Assembly: GCA_021735655.1 (NCBI GenBank)
Contig: JAIPGM010000002.1
Coordinates: 192,001-256,000, forward strand
Source: Candidatus Omnitrophota bacterium
GTDB taxonomy: Bacteria > Omnitrophota > Gorgyraeia > Duberdicusellales > 4484-171
Length of the DNA: 64,000 bases
Direction: 5' to 3'
Notes under the pieces: model-generated
Databases searched by the model: none
Told to the model about the DNA's origin: nothing
The model's input: only the letters and a program-made list of their open reading frames with translations
Program-made: the position numbers and the translations under genes
Shown here: positions 1 to 11,026 of the stretch, one piece after another
Layout of the letters: every line of letters starts with the position of its first letter
Position numbering within the stretch: the first letter of the stretch is position 1

Positions 1-2
1 CT

Positions 3-224
3 TTCGGCCCTTTTAAAACGCAAATCCACTCTTTACCGGGAGAGCTAAAAGACAAGATATCTTCAGTGCTCGAGGAAGAGTTTACTTTTCTTTTTGAGCA
101 ACTAAAGATAAAAGGTACCAAGGAGCATGTCGATAATTACGTTAAAGTGGTGAGCTTCGATAAAGAAAAAGATTATTTTTTAGCCGAAGAAAAAGATTTA
201 GGTGAACTAGAAGGGGCTGACTAA
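3..224 (+). CDS. 3' end of an upstream CDS (C-terminal fragment, unknown product); stop at 222-224, translationally coupled to ilvD
   Basis: Open frame from window edge to TAA at 222-224; GGAGG RBS for ilvD lies within its last codons. Confidence 0.3.
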   Translation, partial: FGPFKTQIHSLPGELKDKISSVLEEEFTFLFEQLKIKGTKEHVDNYVKVVSFDKEKDYFLAEEKDLGELEGAD

Positions 225-242
225 TTAAAATGGAGGCAACTA

Positions 243-1901
243 ATGCGTTCAGATAAAATAAAAAAAGGTATTGAAAGAATGCCTAACCGGGCATTGCTTT
301 ACGGAACTGGTGTTCATTCGAGCCATCTGAGTCGGCCTTTTATTGCAATTGCATCAAGCTTTAGCGATTTAATACCTGGTCATATTAACATGCGTACTTT
401 AGAGCGTTACATTGAACGGGGTATCGAGAATGCTGGTGGAGCCCCTTTCATTTTCGGCGTTCCAGGAATCTGTGACGGTATTGCTATGGGTCATGAAGGA
501 ATGAAACAATCGCTACCTTCTCGAGAATTAATTTCTGACATTATTGAAAGTATGGCTTCCGCCTATGCCTTAGATGGACTAGTTCTTCTTACCAACTGTG
601 ATAAAATTACTCCGGGTATGATTATGGGTTCCTTAAGGATGAACATACCTACGATTGTAGTTACAGCTGGGCCAATGCTTTCGGGAAATTTTAAAAATCA
701 ACGACTTTCTTTAGTTCGTGATACCTTCGAGGCGGTTGGGCGCTATAAGGCCGGTAAGATTGGCGATAGCGAACAAAAAAAATTAGAAATTGAAGCTTGT
801 CCGTCTTGTGGTTCTTGCCAAGGGCTTTATACGGCAAATACTATGGCTTGCCTTACTGAGACCATTGGACTCTCACTTACCGGCTGCGCAACTGCCCCCG
901 CAGTTTTAAATAAAAAGATACGCATTGCCTACGAAAGTGGACAAAAAATTGTAGAGTTAGTTAAACAGGATATAAAGCCTCGTGATATTGTAAATAAAAA
1001 GTCTCTTGAAAATGCAATTAGGGTTGATGTGGCTTTGGGAGGGTCAACCAACACAGTTTTACATCTTATGGCCATTGCTAATGAGGCTAAGGTGAAGCTA
1101 ACCTTGAATGATTTTGATCGGATAAGCCTTGATACACCTCACATTACCAATTTACGGCCTGCTGGCGACCATTTTATGGAGGATTTGGATAGAGCTGGAG
1201 GCATACCAGCAGTTTTAAAACGTCTAACGAATAAACTGAATCAAAATCCAACAGTTTCTTTAAAACCAGTTAAAGAAATTGCTAAGAACGCAGTTGTTTA
1301 TGACCATGATGTGATTCGATCACTAGATAAGTCCTATCATAAGGAAGGTGGTATTGCTATTCTTTTTGGTAACTTAGCGCCTGAAGGAGCAGTAGTTAAA
1401 CAGTCAGCCGTAGATCCAGAGATGCTAAAATTTTCCGGCAAGGCTCATATTTTTGACTCTGAAGAAGAAGCAATGGCAGCTATCTTAAACAAAAAAATTA
1501 AAAAAGGACAAGTTGTAGTTATCCGCTATGAAGGTCCTAGCGGTGGTCCTGGCATGCGTGAAATGCTTTCACCTACCTCAGCTATAGTCGGATTAAATCT
1601 CCATAAGCATGTGGCTTTGATTACTGATGGGCGTTTTTCCGGAGGAACCCGAGGTCCTTGCATTGGTCATATTTCTCCCGAGGCAGCTCAAGGTGGTTTA
1701 TTGGCCTATTTAAAAGATGGTGATTTAATCACGATCGATATAGCTAAGCGAAAAATAGAAGTTAAGCTTTCAGAGAGTGAAATAAAAATTAGAAAAAAAG
1801 TAATGAAAATTAAGGCTCCCAAGGCTAGCAAAGGGTATTTAAGTCGCTATGCTAGGCTGGTAAGCTCGGCTTCTGACGGAGCGGTGCTTAAGGAGTCTTA
1901 A
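243..1901 (+). CDS. ilvD: dihydroxy-acid dehydratase
   Basis: 552 aa; ILVD/EDD family motifs ([27 protein letters not shown]); GGAGG RBS 7 nt upstream. Confidence 0.9.
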   Translation: MRSDKIKKGIERMPNRALLYGTGVHSSHLSRPFIAIASSFSDLIPGHINMRTLERYIERGIENAGGAPFIFGVPGICDGIAMGHEGMKQSLPSRELISDIIESMASAYALDGLVLLTNCDKITPGMIMGSLRMNIPTIVVTAGPMLSGNFKNQRLSLVRDTFEAVGRYKAGKIGDSEQKKLEIEACPSCGSCQGLYTANTMACLTETIGLSLTGCATAPAVLNKKIRIAYESGQKIVELVKQDIKPRDIVNKKSLENAIRVDVALGGSTNTVLHLMAIANEAKVKLTLNDFDRISLDTPHITNLRPAGDHFMEDLDRAGGIPAVLKRLTNKLNQNPTVSLKPVKEIAKNAVVYDHDVIRSLDKSYHKEGGIAILFGNLAPEGAVVKQSAVDPEMLKFSGKAHIFDSEEEAMAAILNKKIKKGQVVVIRYEGPSGGPGMREMLSPTSAIVGLNLHKHVALITDGRFSGGTRGPCIGHISPEAAQGGLLAYLKDGDLITIDIAKRKIEVKLSESEIKIRKKVMKIKAPKASKGYLSRYARLVSSASDGAVLKES

Positions 1902-1944
1902 AAGGTTGATGTCTGGGCCTCAGTTGACATAAATGCGAAACCTA

Positions 1945-1973
1945 TTGACAGGGGTATGACTCTTTGTTATTAT
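1945..1973 (+). promoter_or_regulatory. sigma70-like promoter TTGACA-17-TATTAT, 10 nt upstream of mreB ATG (near-leaderless)
   Basis: TTGACA 1945-1950, TATTAT 1968-1973; no SD before ATG 1984. Confidence 0.4.
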
Positions 1974-1983
1974 TAAAATTACT

Positions 1984-3054
1984 ATGAATAAAGCAATGAA
2001 ACTGATTAATTCAATAGTGAAAAAGGCTCAGGATCTATTAGGTACTTTTTCTAGCGATATTGGTATAGATTTAGGTACAGCTACGACCCTAGTTTATGTA
2101 CGTGGTGAAGGAATTGTTTTGTGTGAGCCTTCAGTTGTTGCTATTTATAAGGATACGGGAGTGCCCTTAGCTGTTGGCGATGAAGCTAAGCGTATGCTTG
2201 GGAAAACTCCTGGAAGTATTGTTGCTATCCGACCGATGAAGGATGGCGTTATTGCTGACTTCGGTGTGACCGAAGAGATGCTGCGTTATTTTATTAAAAA
2301 AGCTTATCCGCGTAAATTTATTATTGGACCAAGAATCGTTGTTGCTGTTCCTTCGGGGATTACTGAAGTAGAGCAGCGAGCAGTTAAGGATTCTGCTCAT
2401 CGAGCCGGAGCGCGAGAGGTAATACCGGTTGAAGAGCCAATTGCTGCTGCCATTGGTGTGGGCTTACCGATCGCTGAACCTCAAGGCAACATGATAATTG
2501 ATATCGGAGGCGGAACTACCGAGATTGCTGTTATTTCGCTGGGCGGAATAGTTTTCGCTCGTTCAATTCGCATTGGCGGCGATGAGATGGATGCAGCGAT
2601 AATTGAACATATGAAGAAAAATTATAATTTAATGATTGGTGAGCGAACAGCTGAAGAGATAAAGATTAAGGTTGGTTCAGCATGGCCAATCGAAGAGGAA
2701 ATGACGATTGAGGTCAGAGGACGTGATCTTATTACCGGTCTTCCTAAATTTATCAAGGCCCATTCGGATGAAATTCGTAAAGCCTTGGAGTCTCCGCTAA
2801 GAGAGATTTTAGAAGCAACGAAAGTTACCTTAGAGCGTACACCTCCGGAATTAGCAGCTGATCTTATTGAAAGAGGAATTGTTCTTTGCGGCGGCGGAGC
2901 ATTGTTAAGGGGGATGGATAAGTTAATTTCTGAAGAAACCGGCTTGGCTTGTTTTGTGGCCGACGATCCTTTAACCGCAGTAGCCTTAGGTACTGGAAAA
3001 ATCCTAGAAGAACCAAAATTTCTAAAGAAGCTTTCCCTTGTATCTTCCTTCTAA
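1984..3054 (+). CDS. mreB: rod shape-determining protein MreB (actin-like ATPase)
   Basis: [14 protein letters not shown] phosphate-1 motif, [11 protein letters not shown]; 356 aa. Confidence 0.9.
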   Translation: MNKAMKLINSIVKKAQDLLGTFSSDIGIDLGTATTLVYVRGEGIVLCEPSVVAIYKDTGVPLAVGDEAKRMLGKTPGSIVAIRPMKDGVIADFGVTEEMLRYFIKKAYPRKFIIGPRIVVAVPSGITEVEQRAVKDSAHRAGAREVIPVEEPIAAAIGVGLPIAEPQGNMIIDIGGGTTEIAVISLGGIVFARSIRIGGDEMDAAIIEHMKKNYNLMIGERTAEEIKIKVGSAWPIEEEMTIEVRGRDLITGLPKFIKAHSDEIRKALESPLREILEATKVTLERTPPELAADLIERGIVLCGGGALLRGMDKLISEETGLACFVADDPLTAVALGTGKILEEPKFLKKLSLVSSF

Positions 3055-3763
3055 ATTAAAAGTTAAGTCTTTTGTTCTAATTTTCATATCTCTTTTTCTG
3101 CTTTTTTTTACCTTTCGTGGTTTCGTCCGTTACTTAATTTTTTTTAGTGCTAACCAATTTTTGCATTATCCAACAAGGAATAAGCAGCATTTAGTTGAAC
3201 TTAAACAAAAAAATTTAGAATTAATTTTAAAACTAGCTAGATATGAGTCTCTTTACCAAGAGAACCAAAATTTAAAGAAAGCGCTAAATTTTAAAACTAA
3301 TACTCAATATCACTTGATTGGTGCAGAAGTTTTAGCATTTTCTCCTTCAGCTTGGCAGCGATTGATAGTTGTTAATGTTGGTGAGGATCAAGGCGTCACA
3401 AAGGGTCTTTTCGCTATTGATCAGGACGGCAATCTTTTAGGGAGGATTGTTGAGGCCGATAAAAAATTTGCCTACCTAATGTTGGTTGGTGATCCTGACT
3501 TTACCGCATCGGTATTTATTGGTCAAGGTGCCCTAGGACTTTTAAAGGGAGGAGTAACCGGAGCTCAGGTTCTCTATGTTGAAGACAGCGATAATATAAA
3601 ATTAGGGGATAAGGTTTGGCTCAAAGTTGCTCAGTTATCTTCAGCAATAGAAATTGGTAAAGTAAAAAGCCTAAGCAAAACTGATGATAGTTTATTTTGG
3701 AATGTTGGAGTAGAAATGTTTCAAGAAGATGTAACTTTCAATCAAATATATATCGTCAAATGA
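3038..3763 (+). CDS. mreC: rod shape-determining protein MreC
   Basis: N-terminal TM plus coiled coil plus MreC beta domain; overlaps mreB stop; synteny. Confidence 0.75.
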   Translation: MYLPSKLKVKSFVLIFISLFLLFFTFRGFVRYLIFFSANQFLHYPTRNKQHLVELKQKNLELILKLARYESLYQENQNLKKALNFKTNTQYHLIGAEVLAFSPSAWQRLIVVNVGEDQGVTKGLFAIDQDGNLLGRIVEADKKFAYLMLVGDPDFTASVFIGQGALGLLKGGVTGAQVLYVEDSDNIKLGDKVWLKVAQLSSAIEIGKVKSLSKTDDSLFWNVGVEMFQEDVTFNQIYIVK

Positions 3764-4230
3764 TTAAACCCTCCCTAAGAGCTTTCATTATTATTTCAGT
3801 TTTTTTCCTTTTGGACTTAATAAAGCCTTTTGGTTATTTTTTATCGGTTGAATTCATTTTTTTGGGGCTTATTATCATTGCGCTTAATGAATCGCTAGCA
3901 ATAGCCTTGGTTGCTAGTTTTTTGTCAGCGTGCTTTCGCAATTTTTTTATTCTCAATGGATCTGCGGTTACTTTATTTGAATTTTTGTTTATCTGTTTAC
4001 TTATTCAATATATACGCTCGCGCCGTATTTTTTTAGCTAAGCCACAACAACTATTTATTGTTAAAGGGGTCATTGTGTTTTTGAGCCTTTGTGTACATAT
4101 TTTAGTTAATTCAGTGCAATTGGGATTGTTTATTTCGTTTTTTTCATTCCAGTTCCTCATTCAATCAATTTGCGTTTATTATTTTATTGATTATTTACTT
4201 AACCAAAAAGCGCTCCCAGCTTATCATTAG
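3697..4230 (+). CDS. mreD: rod shape-determining protein MreD (polytopic membrane protein)
   Basis: Hydrophobic 177 aa protein between mreC and PBP2. Confidence 0.55.
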   Translation: MECWSRNVSRRCNFQSNIYRQMIKPSLRAFIIISVFFLLDLIKPFGYFLSVEFIFLGLIIIALNESLAIALVASFLSACFRNFFILNGSAVTLFEFLFICLLIQYIRSRRIFLAKPQQLFIVKGVIVFLSLCVHILVNSVQLGLFISFFSFQFLIQSICVYYFIDYLLNQKALPAYH

Positions 4231-4295
4231 GGTATGTTTAAATGAGCTAACTCCATAACTTTTTATTTTTTAAAAAGTTAGGTTACTTTTTAACT

Positions 4296-6023
4296 ATGTT
4301 AAGAAAATTTTTTCAGAAAATCAACAATCTTTTTTCCCTTTCAACCTTAGAAAAAGTATATTTTATAGGTTTTTGCGTATTGCTCGGAACCTTAAGTTGG
4401 TACCAGCTCTTTCGTGGCGAGTATTATTTTCAACGCGCAAAAAATAATTATCTTAAAGTGCTTCCTTTGTCGTCTATGCGCGGGGAAATTTTGGATCGAA
4501 ATGGAATTTCTATTGCATATGATCGGGCTGAATTTAACCTAGGTGTGATTCCTTATCAGGTTAAAACGATTAAGGACTCATTATTTCAAGAATTAAGTGA
4601 CTATTCAAGCTTAAGTGTCGGATCTTTAAATAAAAATTATCGTAGAAACTTAAGTAGTTTTTTTAGTCCAGTAGATATAATTACTAATGTTGATAAGACT
4701 AAAGCCTTGGAATTGAATGAAAAATTTAGCGATTCTTTAGTTATTACTACTCGGCCACAGCGTTATTATTCTAACCCTTACGCTTTTGCTCATATTTTAG
4801 GTTATGTTAAACAGGCCAAATCATTTTACGAACAGTTAAAAAGTTATGGCTATAGTCCGATGGAACGTGTTGGTTTCGGTGGCATTGAGCAGTTCTATGA
4901 TACTTACCTTAAGGGTTCCGACGGTGGAGAGCTTGTTGAGGTTGATTCTCATGGAAGAATTATGGGTTATTTGGGTCAACAACGCCCACAAAAAGGTAAA
5001 GATATCTATCTAACTGTCGACAGTCTTGTCCAGCAAGCTGCTTATGAATCGTTGGGCGATAGACCTGGTGCTGTTATTTTAATGAATGCCGACAATGGTG
5101 AATTGATTTCTCTTTGTTCGAGGCCGGCTTTTAATCCTAATAGTTTTATAGAGGGCAAAAATACCAGCAGCTTTTTGAATAATTCGAAAAGCCCCTTGCT
5201 TAATCGAGCTCTTCAGGCTAAGTATCCAATGGGCTCGACCTTTAAGCCAATTGTTGCAGTTGCTGCCTTAGAAGAGGATAAATCTAAATCCTCAACAACT
5301 TTTGATTGCAATGGAGAATTACGCCTAGGGATTGCAAAATTTAGATGTTCACATGTGCATGGACGACAGAATCTTTTTGAAGCGATAGCCCACTCTTGCA
5401 ATGTTTATTTTTACAATTTAGGGCTTAAAATTGGACCAGATGCACTTTCAAGATGGGCTCGAAAGTTTGGCCTTGATTCCCTAACCGATGTAGATTTACC
5501 TTTTGAGGCTAGGGGTTTTGTGCCTGATGTGCGTTGGAAACAAAAAAAACTTAAAAGTAATTGGTTTGCCGGTGATACGGTTAATTTTTCGATTGGTCAG
5601 GGTTTCATGACCGCGACACCTTTGGCGACTATGCGAGCGATGAATGTTTTTGCCAGTAAAGGGTATTTAGTTAAACCTCAACTAATTAAAAAAATCGACT
5701 CAGTTGAGTCTGGAGCAATAGATAAGACTTATCTTGGTATTTCCGAAAGAACTCTTGAAAAAGTAAGTCAAGGTTTGCGTGAAACAATACTGAGAGAAGA
5801 CGGAACAGCTAGGATTCTTAATCGTTTAAACCTCAAGTTCAGCGGTAAAACCGGAACTGCTCAAAATTCCGGTAGACCCCACGGTTGGTTTATTGGTTTT
5901 TTTTCCTATCAAGAGAAAACTTATACTATTTGCGTATTACTTGAACATGGCGGATCTAGTTATGAAGCGGTAAAGATAGCCTATTACTTTGTTAAAAAAA
6001 TAACCGAAAACAAGATTTTATGA
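4296..6023 (+). CDS. mrdA: penicillin-binding protein 2 (elongasome transpeptidase)
   Basis: STFK active-site motif (GSTFKP), SxN-like and KTG(T) (SGKTGTAQ) motifs; N-terminal TM. Confidence 0.85.
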   Translation: MLRKFFQKINNLFSLSTLEKVYFIGFCVLLGTLSWYQLFRGEYYFQRAKNNYLKVLPLSSMRGEILDRNGISIAYDRAEFNLGVIPYQVKTIKDSLFQELSDYSSLSVGSLNKNYRRNLSSFFSPVDIITNVDKTKALELNEKFSDSLVITTRPQRYYSNPYAFAHILGYVKQAKSFYEQLKSYGYSPMERVGFGGIEQFYDTYLKGSDGGELVEVDSHGRIMGYLGQQRPQKGKDIYLTVDSLVQQAAYESLGDRPGAVILMNADNGELISLCSRPAFNPNSFIEGKNTSSFLNNSKSPLLNRALQAKYPMGSTFKPIVAVAALEEDKSKSSTTFDCNGELRLGIAKFRCSHVHGRQNLFEAIAHSCNVYFYNLGLKIGPDALSRWARKFGLDSLTDVDLPFEARGFVPDVRWKQKKLKSNWFAGDTVNFSIGQGFMTATPLATMRAMNVFASKGYLVKPQLIKKIDSVESGAIDKTYLGISERTLEKVSQGLRETILREDGTARILNRLNLKFSGKTGTAQNSGRPHGWFIGFFSYQEKTYTICVLLEHGGSSYEAVKIAYYFVKKITENKIL

Positions 6024-7117
6024 GATCTCATTCATTAAGAGCAACAGTAGTTAATCTTAAAGGGCTAAAAACAGTTGCTATTTGCTTACTAATTTTTAAT
6101 GCTTTAAGTTTAATTTCAATATATAGTAGCTTGCATCAGGCGGGAGAGTTTGTAGGTCAGCAAATCCTTTATCGACAGTTACTTTGGATAGCAGTATCTT
6201 GGCTTGCCTTGCTAATTTTTGCTAATATTAATTACCGTATTTATTTCGATTTAGCTCATTTAATTTATGGGTTTAACTTGTTATTACTTTTTTGGGTGTT
6301 ATTTTTTGGCAAAAAAGTAATGGGAGCCCAACGTTGGATTGAAATTTTTGGGTTTACCTTTCAGCCTTCCGAGTTATCAAAAATAGCGACTATTATTATT
6401 TTAGCGAAGTTTTTTTCTTCACGTCAGGAATCGATTCATGCTTTTTTGCTGCCGTTGGGTTTTACTGCTTTTAATGCCCTGGTTATACTTATTCAACCAG
6501 ATTTAGGCACAGCTTTAATTATTGTTTTTCTTTTTCTCGCTTTAGGATTATTTTCACGAATTCCTAAGCGGTACTTTTTTGGTTTAATTGCTATTGGTCT
6601 TTTAATATCGCCATTTTTAATTGGTTCATTAAAGGATTATCAAAAGCGGCGTTTGCTTGTATTTATGAATTCGGATCTTGACCCTTTAGGTGCTGGCTAC
6701 ACAATTATTCAGTCAAAGATTGCAGTTGGCTCTGGTAAGTTTACTGGTCGGGGATTTCTTTCCGGAACTCAAAATCAATTTAATTTTCTTCCTGAACGCC
6801 ATACCGATTTTATATTTACGGTTATTGCTGAAGAGTGGGGTTTTTTTGGCTCACTTTTTTTAATTATTCTTTATTGGTTAATTTTAAGTAAAGTTCTTCA
6901 ACGGGCCAAAGAAACTCAAGATCAATTTGCTTGTTTTTTGTGCTTGGGGATAAGTTTACTTTTTTTCCTGCATATATTTATTAATATCGGTATGACTTTA
7001 GGTATTTTACCGGTAGTAGGGCTGCCGCTTATTTTTTTAAGCTATGGAGGAAGCAGCTTGTTGGTTTCCTTTATCCTTTTAGGTATTTTTTTCAACATTT
7101 CCCGAAGTCGTAAATAA
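6020..7117 (+). CDS. rodA: rod shape-determining protein RodA (SEDS family glycosyltransferase)
   Basis: FtsW/RodA/SpoVE family, 10 TM; overlaps mrdA stop. Confidence 0.85.
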   Translation: MRSHSLRATVVNLKGLKTVAICLLIFNALSLISIYSSLHQAGEFVGQQILYRQLLWIAVSWLALLIFANINYRIYFDLAHLIYGFNLLLLFWVLFFGKKVMGAQRWIEIFGFTFQPSELSKIATIIILAKFFSSRQESIHAFLLPLGFTAFNALVILIQPDLGTALIIVFLFLALGLFSRIPKRYFFGLIAIGLLISPFLIGSLKDYQKRRLLVFMNSDLDPLGAGYTIIQSKIAVGSGKFTGRGFLSGTQNQFNFLPERHTDFIFTVIAEEWGFFGSLFLIILYWLILSKVLQRAKETQDQFACFLCLGISLLFFLHIFINIGMTLGILPVVGLPLIFLSYGGSSLLVSFILLGIFFNISRSRK

Positions 7118-7159
7118 TTCCCAAAAATAGTTATTCTAATTGTGTCAAAGTAACTTAAT

Positions 7160-8791
7160 ATGAATTTTGCAAATTTTCGGAAACCTCAGCGTTACATCGG
7201 CAATGAATGGAATGTCATAAAAAAATCACCTTCAGGAAAAATTTCTTTTTGCCTCTGTTATCCTGATTTGTATGAGCTTGGGATGAGCAATTTAGGCATG
7301 CACATCGTCTATGGCTTGCTTAACCAACACCCTGATTTATTTTGTGAACGTACTTTTATGCCGGCTGAAGATTTATCAACTTATCTTCGCGAAAAAAATA
7401 AACCTTTATTTTCACTTGAAACAAAAAAACCCCTAAATGAATTTGAAATTATTGGTTTTCATCTTGGTTGTGAGCTTAATTTCACCAATGTTTTGCATAT
7501 TTTAACTCTCGGATTAATACCAGCTAAAGCCAAAGATCGTAAACAACAAATCGTTGTTGGCGGCGGGGTTGCTAACCCTGAACCATTATCTGAATTCATC
7601 GATGTTTTTTATTTGGGTGAATTTGAGGAGGTTGCTGATGATTTCGTTAAGGTAATAAGAAAATACAAAGATAAAGAATCGCGTTTAAGGGCTTTGGCTG
7701 AAATTGAAGGGTTTTATGTGCCTAAATTCTACGAAGTTAACTTTGTCGATGGTGGATATGATTTTCGACGAAAATACGAATATGCTCGGCTTCCTTTGAA
7801 ACGAGTTTACGTAAAGGATTTAGATCGTGCCTTTGTTCCTCAAAGTTGGCTGACTCCTCACACCGAAATCATTCATGATCGTATCCCGATAGAAATTGCC
7901 AGAGGTTGCCCTAATCGTTGCAGTTTTTGCCAAGCTCAAGCACTTTATGCTCCCTATCGTGAGCGAAAAATAGCAACTATCCAAAATATATTAAAAGTAG
8001 CCTATGAGAAAAGTGGCTATGAGAATTTTTCATTCCTTGGGCTTTCGGCTTCTGACTATTCCCAAATTGAGGAGCTTATTGATTTATGCTCTGATTATTG
8101 TCAGAATCGTCGAATTGGTTTGTCTTTGCCGTCTTTACGGGCTAGTGACATTGTCGGACGCCTTTATAGAAAACTATCGAAACTTAAAAAAGCTTCATTA
8201 ACTATTGCTATTGAAGCGGCACGAGCCCCCTTGAGGGAAAGTCTTAATAAAAGAATCGGTACCAAAATTTTGTTTGAGGCAGCAAAAATACTTAAAAGTG
8301 TAGGCGCTAAGTCGATAAAGATTTACTTTATGTATGGTTTTCCTCAAGAAAACGAAGAAGACCTGTTGGCTATTGGTGAATTTTTAAAATCTTTATCAAG
8401 AAGTAGTCATATTAAATTAAATGTAAGCATCAATGCTTTTATACCTAAGCCTTTTTCTTTAGCTGAGGGATTTTTGATGCAAAGTGAAACGGTCTTAAAC
8501 AAAAAACGAGAAGTAATTATTAAAAATCTTCCCCAGCGATCGCGAGTGAGTGTTACTTTTTCTTCCATCCAGCGTAGCATTTTCGAAGCTATTGTTTCAG
8601 GCAGTGATCGGGAATTTGGTAAAGTTATTTATCGCGCTTACTCTAAGGGGGTTTGCTTTGATGGCAATAGAGAGAATTTTTCCTGGCCGACATGGCAAGA
8701 GTCGATGGTTCAAGAAAAAGTTGACCCTAAGGATTACCTTAACCGACAAGCTAAAAATTTTCCTTGGTCGTTCATTAATTCCAAACCATAA
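7160..8791 (+). CDS. B12-binding-domain radical SAM protein (TIGR03960-like)
   Basis: N-terminal QRYIGNEWN, CxxxCxxC-like radical SAM cluster motif CPNRCSFCQA. Confidence 0.7.
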   Translation: MNFANFRKPQRYIGNEWNVIKKSPSGKISFCLCYPDLYELGMSNLGMHIVYGLLNQHPDLFCERTFMPAEDLSTYLREKNKPLFSLETKKPLNEFEIIGFHLGCELNFTNVLHILTLGLIPAKAKDRKQQIVVGGGVANPEPLSEFIDVFYLGEFEEVADDFVKVIRKYKDKESRLRALAEIEGFYVPKFYEVNFVDGGYDFRRKYEYARLPLKRVYVKDLDRAFVPQSWLTPHTEIIHDRIPIEIARGCPNRCSFCQAQALYAPYRERKIATIQNILKVAYEKSGYENFSFLGLSASDYSQIEELIDLCSDYCQNRRIGLSLPSLRASDIVGRLYRKLSKLKKASLTIAIEAARAPLRESLNKRIGTKILFEAAKILKSVGAKSIKIYFMYGFPQENEEDLLAIGEFLKSLSRSSHIKLNVSINAFIPKPFSLAEGFLMQSETVLNKKREVIIKNLPQRSRVSVTFSSIQRSIFEAIVSGSDREFGKVIYRAYSKGVCFDGNRENFSWPTWQESMVQEKVDPKDYLNRQAKNFPWSFINSKP

Positions 8792-8794
8792 GTT

Positions 8795-9091
8795 ATGATT
8801 AATAAAAAGTTTCCCTTAGAAGTAATTTTAGAAAAGAGTCAGGAAATGATTTATTTTTCGCAGTTAGACTTAATTCATCTCCTGGAGCGAGCTTTGAGGA
8901 GGACTAGATTACCACTTTATTTCACTCAAGGCTTTAGTCCAAGAGTTAAGATAAGTTTTAAAAGTGGTTTAAAACTAGGTTTAGCCGGTAGAATAACAAC
9001 CATTTTTTATTTCACTGAAGACATTCCTTTTGTAGTTTTAAAAGAGAATCTCCAGCCACAGTTACCTCAAGGATTAGTAATAATAAAATAA
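8795..9091 (+). CDS. short DUF2344/TIGR03936-like radical-SAM-linked protein (probably truncated)
   Basis: 98 aa; conventional partner of the upstream rSAM gene; family members are usually >200 aa. Confidence 0.4.
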   Translation: MINKKFPLEVILEKSQEMIYFSQLDLIHLLERALRRTRLPLYFTQGFSPRVKISFKSGLKLGLAGRITTIFYFTEDIPFVVLKENLQPQLPQGLVIIK

Positions 9092-9095
9092 GGAT

Positions 9096-9560
9096 CTAGC
9101 GAACAAGGAAAGTGCTTTTGATACTTGTAGCCTTAAAAAATTCCTTAGTGAAATTTTTAGCTAATTCGTGGTCATACTTTTTGCAGGAAAAAATATTAAT
9201 ATAGGACTTTTGCCAATGTTCGGAAAAATGCCCGGTAATTGAGCTAGTTTCGATAAATTGTAGCAAGGAATAGCCTTTGGTGAAGGGTTTATCTAGACCA
9301 AAATAAGGCAGCTGAGCTTTACCGTACTTCTTCATTTTAATCAACTTACATAAGGTATTAACATATTCGGTAAGCTTCTTTTTTGAACTCATGATTGATA
9401 AGTCACATCCTGAAAGATCGAGGATTAATTCGTAACCAAAGATTGGTTTTTTAATTTTGGAGGAAGAAAGAGTAGTGTCGTTGGTCGAAAGGGGCCTGCT
9501 GGCAAGGCCAACCCCAGAGTAATTTTCTTGACTGCTAATCAGGTAGTGTTTGGTTCCCAT
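9096..9560 (-). CDS. pyruvoyl-dependent decarboxylase of the SpeH/SpeD (AdoMetDC class 1) family; could be SAM or arginine decarboxylase
   Basis: ELILDLSGCD and IETSSITGHFSEH align with the SpeD GCD/ESHxxIHxxPE motifs. Confidence 0.6.
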   Translation of the reverse strand: MGTKHYLISSQENYSGVGLASRPLSTNDTTLSSSKIKKPIFGYELILDLSGCDLSIMSSKKKLTEYVNTLCKLIKMKKYGKAQLPYFGLDKPFTKGYSLLQFIETSSITGHFSEHWQKSYINIFSCKKYDHELAKNFTKEFFKATSIKSTFLVR

Positions 9561-9757
9561 CCCCTTTAAGTATTTCTTTTTGATATAACATAAAAACTAA
9601 ACGCCTTAGTGAACTATCTTTTTATATCATAAATTTTATCGCTTGGCAAGATTTTTTTTCACTTTTTTTAATGAGACTTACCCAGAACCAGAACGAAGTT
9701 CAGTTCTGGGTTTAGTCGAATTAATCCCGAGGAGCGAAGCGACGAGGGATAACCGTT

Positions 9758-10990
9758 TTATTCCGCTTTAACCGGGCTTTCTTCTCGTATCTTTGTTGGC
9801 AATCCAATCTTGTTTAACAAATCAATAAATGGATCAGGGTTTAACTCTTCGACATTTACCATTGTTTTTATATCCCAAATGCCTTGAGCAATCAGCATGG
9901 CCGTGGCAACTGGGGGGACTCCAGCAGTGTAGGAAATAGCTTGAGACTCAACTTCCTTATAACATTCGGCGTGGTCACAGTTGTTATAAATAAAAATTTC
10001 CTTGTCTTTGCCGTCTTTTTTTCCTTTAATTAGATTTCCGATACAGGTTTTTCCGGTGTAGTTAGGTGCAAGTGATAAGGGATCTGGCAAAACGGCCTTT
10101 AATACTTTTAATGGCACCACTTCGACTCCTTCTGCGGTTGTGACCGGTTTCACTGAGGTTAAACCCAATCTAGTGAGGACAGTAAAGATATTGATATAAT
10201 GGTCGCTAAAACCCATCCAGAAGCGGATACTATTAGCATCGATATTCTTTGACAATGAATGGATTTCGTCGTGACCGCTTAAGTAAATAGTTTGTTTTCC
10301 AACTTCCGGAAAATCATAGGTTTTTTTAACTGAGTGGACAGGTAGACATTCCCATTTTCGGTCAATCCAGGTCCAGACTTTTATAAATTCACGAAGGTTT
10401 ATCTCCGGATCAAAGTTGGTAGCAAAATATTTTCCGTGGTCTCCGGCATTAACATCCATCATATCAATAGTGTCGATTGTGTCAAAGTGGTGCTTTACAG
10501 CATAGGCGCAGTAGGCGTTGACCACTCCTGGATCAAAGCCTGCTCCGAGGATTGCGGTGATTTGTTTTTCCGAGCATTCATCCTTTCGTTTCCATTCATA
10601 ATTAGCGTACCAAGGTGGATTCTCGCAAACCTTATTTGGATCTTCATATATGGCAGTGTCTATATAGGATACGCCAGCCTGGATGCAAGATTCAAGCAGT
10701 GCTTTATTTATATAGGTGGTGGCAAGGTTAATTATTATTTCTGAATTAGTTTCTTTAATTAGTTTTACCGTAGCCGAAACATCATAGGCATCTATTTGAC
10801 GAGAGTGAAGTTTTTTGCTTTTATCTTTTAGGCTATTTTTTCTTTTAATGCTTTCTATGATTTTTTCACACTTATCTTGTGTGCGAGATGCAATACAAAT
10901 ATCACCTAAAATATCGTTATTTTGAGCGCACTTATGCGCAGCTACATGGGCAACTCCACCAGCACCGACAATCATTACGTTTTTTTTCAT
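9758..10990 (-). CDS. carboxy(nor)spermidine dehydrogenase (saccharopine dehydrogenase family)
   Basis: N-terminal Rossmann IVGAGGVAHVAA; 410 aa; adjacent to nspC. Confidence 0.8.
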   Translation of the reverse strand: MKKNVMIVGAGGVAHVAAHKCAQNNDILGDICIASRTQDKCEKIIESIKRKNSLKDKSKKLHSRQIDAYDVSATVKLIKETNSEIIINLATTYINKALLESCIQAGVSYIDTAIYEDPNKVCENPPWYANYEWKRKDECSEKQITAILGAGFDPGVVNAYCAYAVKHHFDTIDTIDMMDVNAGDHGKYFATNFDPEINLREFIKVWTWIDRKWECLPVHSVKKTYDFPEVGKQTIYLSGHDEIHSLSKNIDANSIRFWMGFSDHYINIFTVLTRLGLTSVKPVTTAEGVEVVPLKVLKAVLPDPLSLAPNYTGKTCIGNLIKGKKDGKDKEIFIYNNCDHAECYKEVESQAISYTAGVPPVATAMLIAQGIWDIKTMVNVEELNPDPFIDLLNKIGLPTKIREESPVKAE

Positions 10991-11026
10991 CGTAGTATTC
11001 TCCTTGTTTATTGCTTTATTTTTAAG

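Noticed and set aside
2167-2400. Antisense or overlapping ORFs in the track (2167-2400, 5213-5401, 8004-8201, 8550-8798, 10436-10744, 12583-12795, 13766-13957, 17865-18349, 21991-24824 internal ORFs, 29693-29926, 31660-33152, 35718-35900, 39319-39525, 40094-40276, 40675-40890, 41276-41799, 42935-43132, 43916-44284, 45175-45621, 45867-46142, 46886-47101, 48661-48867, 49370-49606, 49965-50671, 51023-51331, 52710-52892, 53923-54129, 55378-55572, 56632-56820, 58130-58415, 60092-62794)
   Set aside because: Each lies fully within or opposite a well-supported gene with recognisable domains; they have no RBS and skewed low-complexity composition typical of shadow ORFs in AT-rich DNA.
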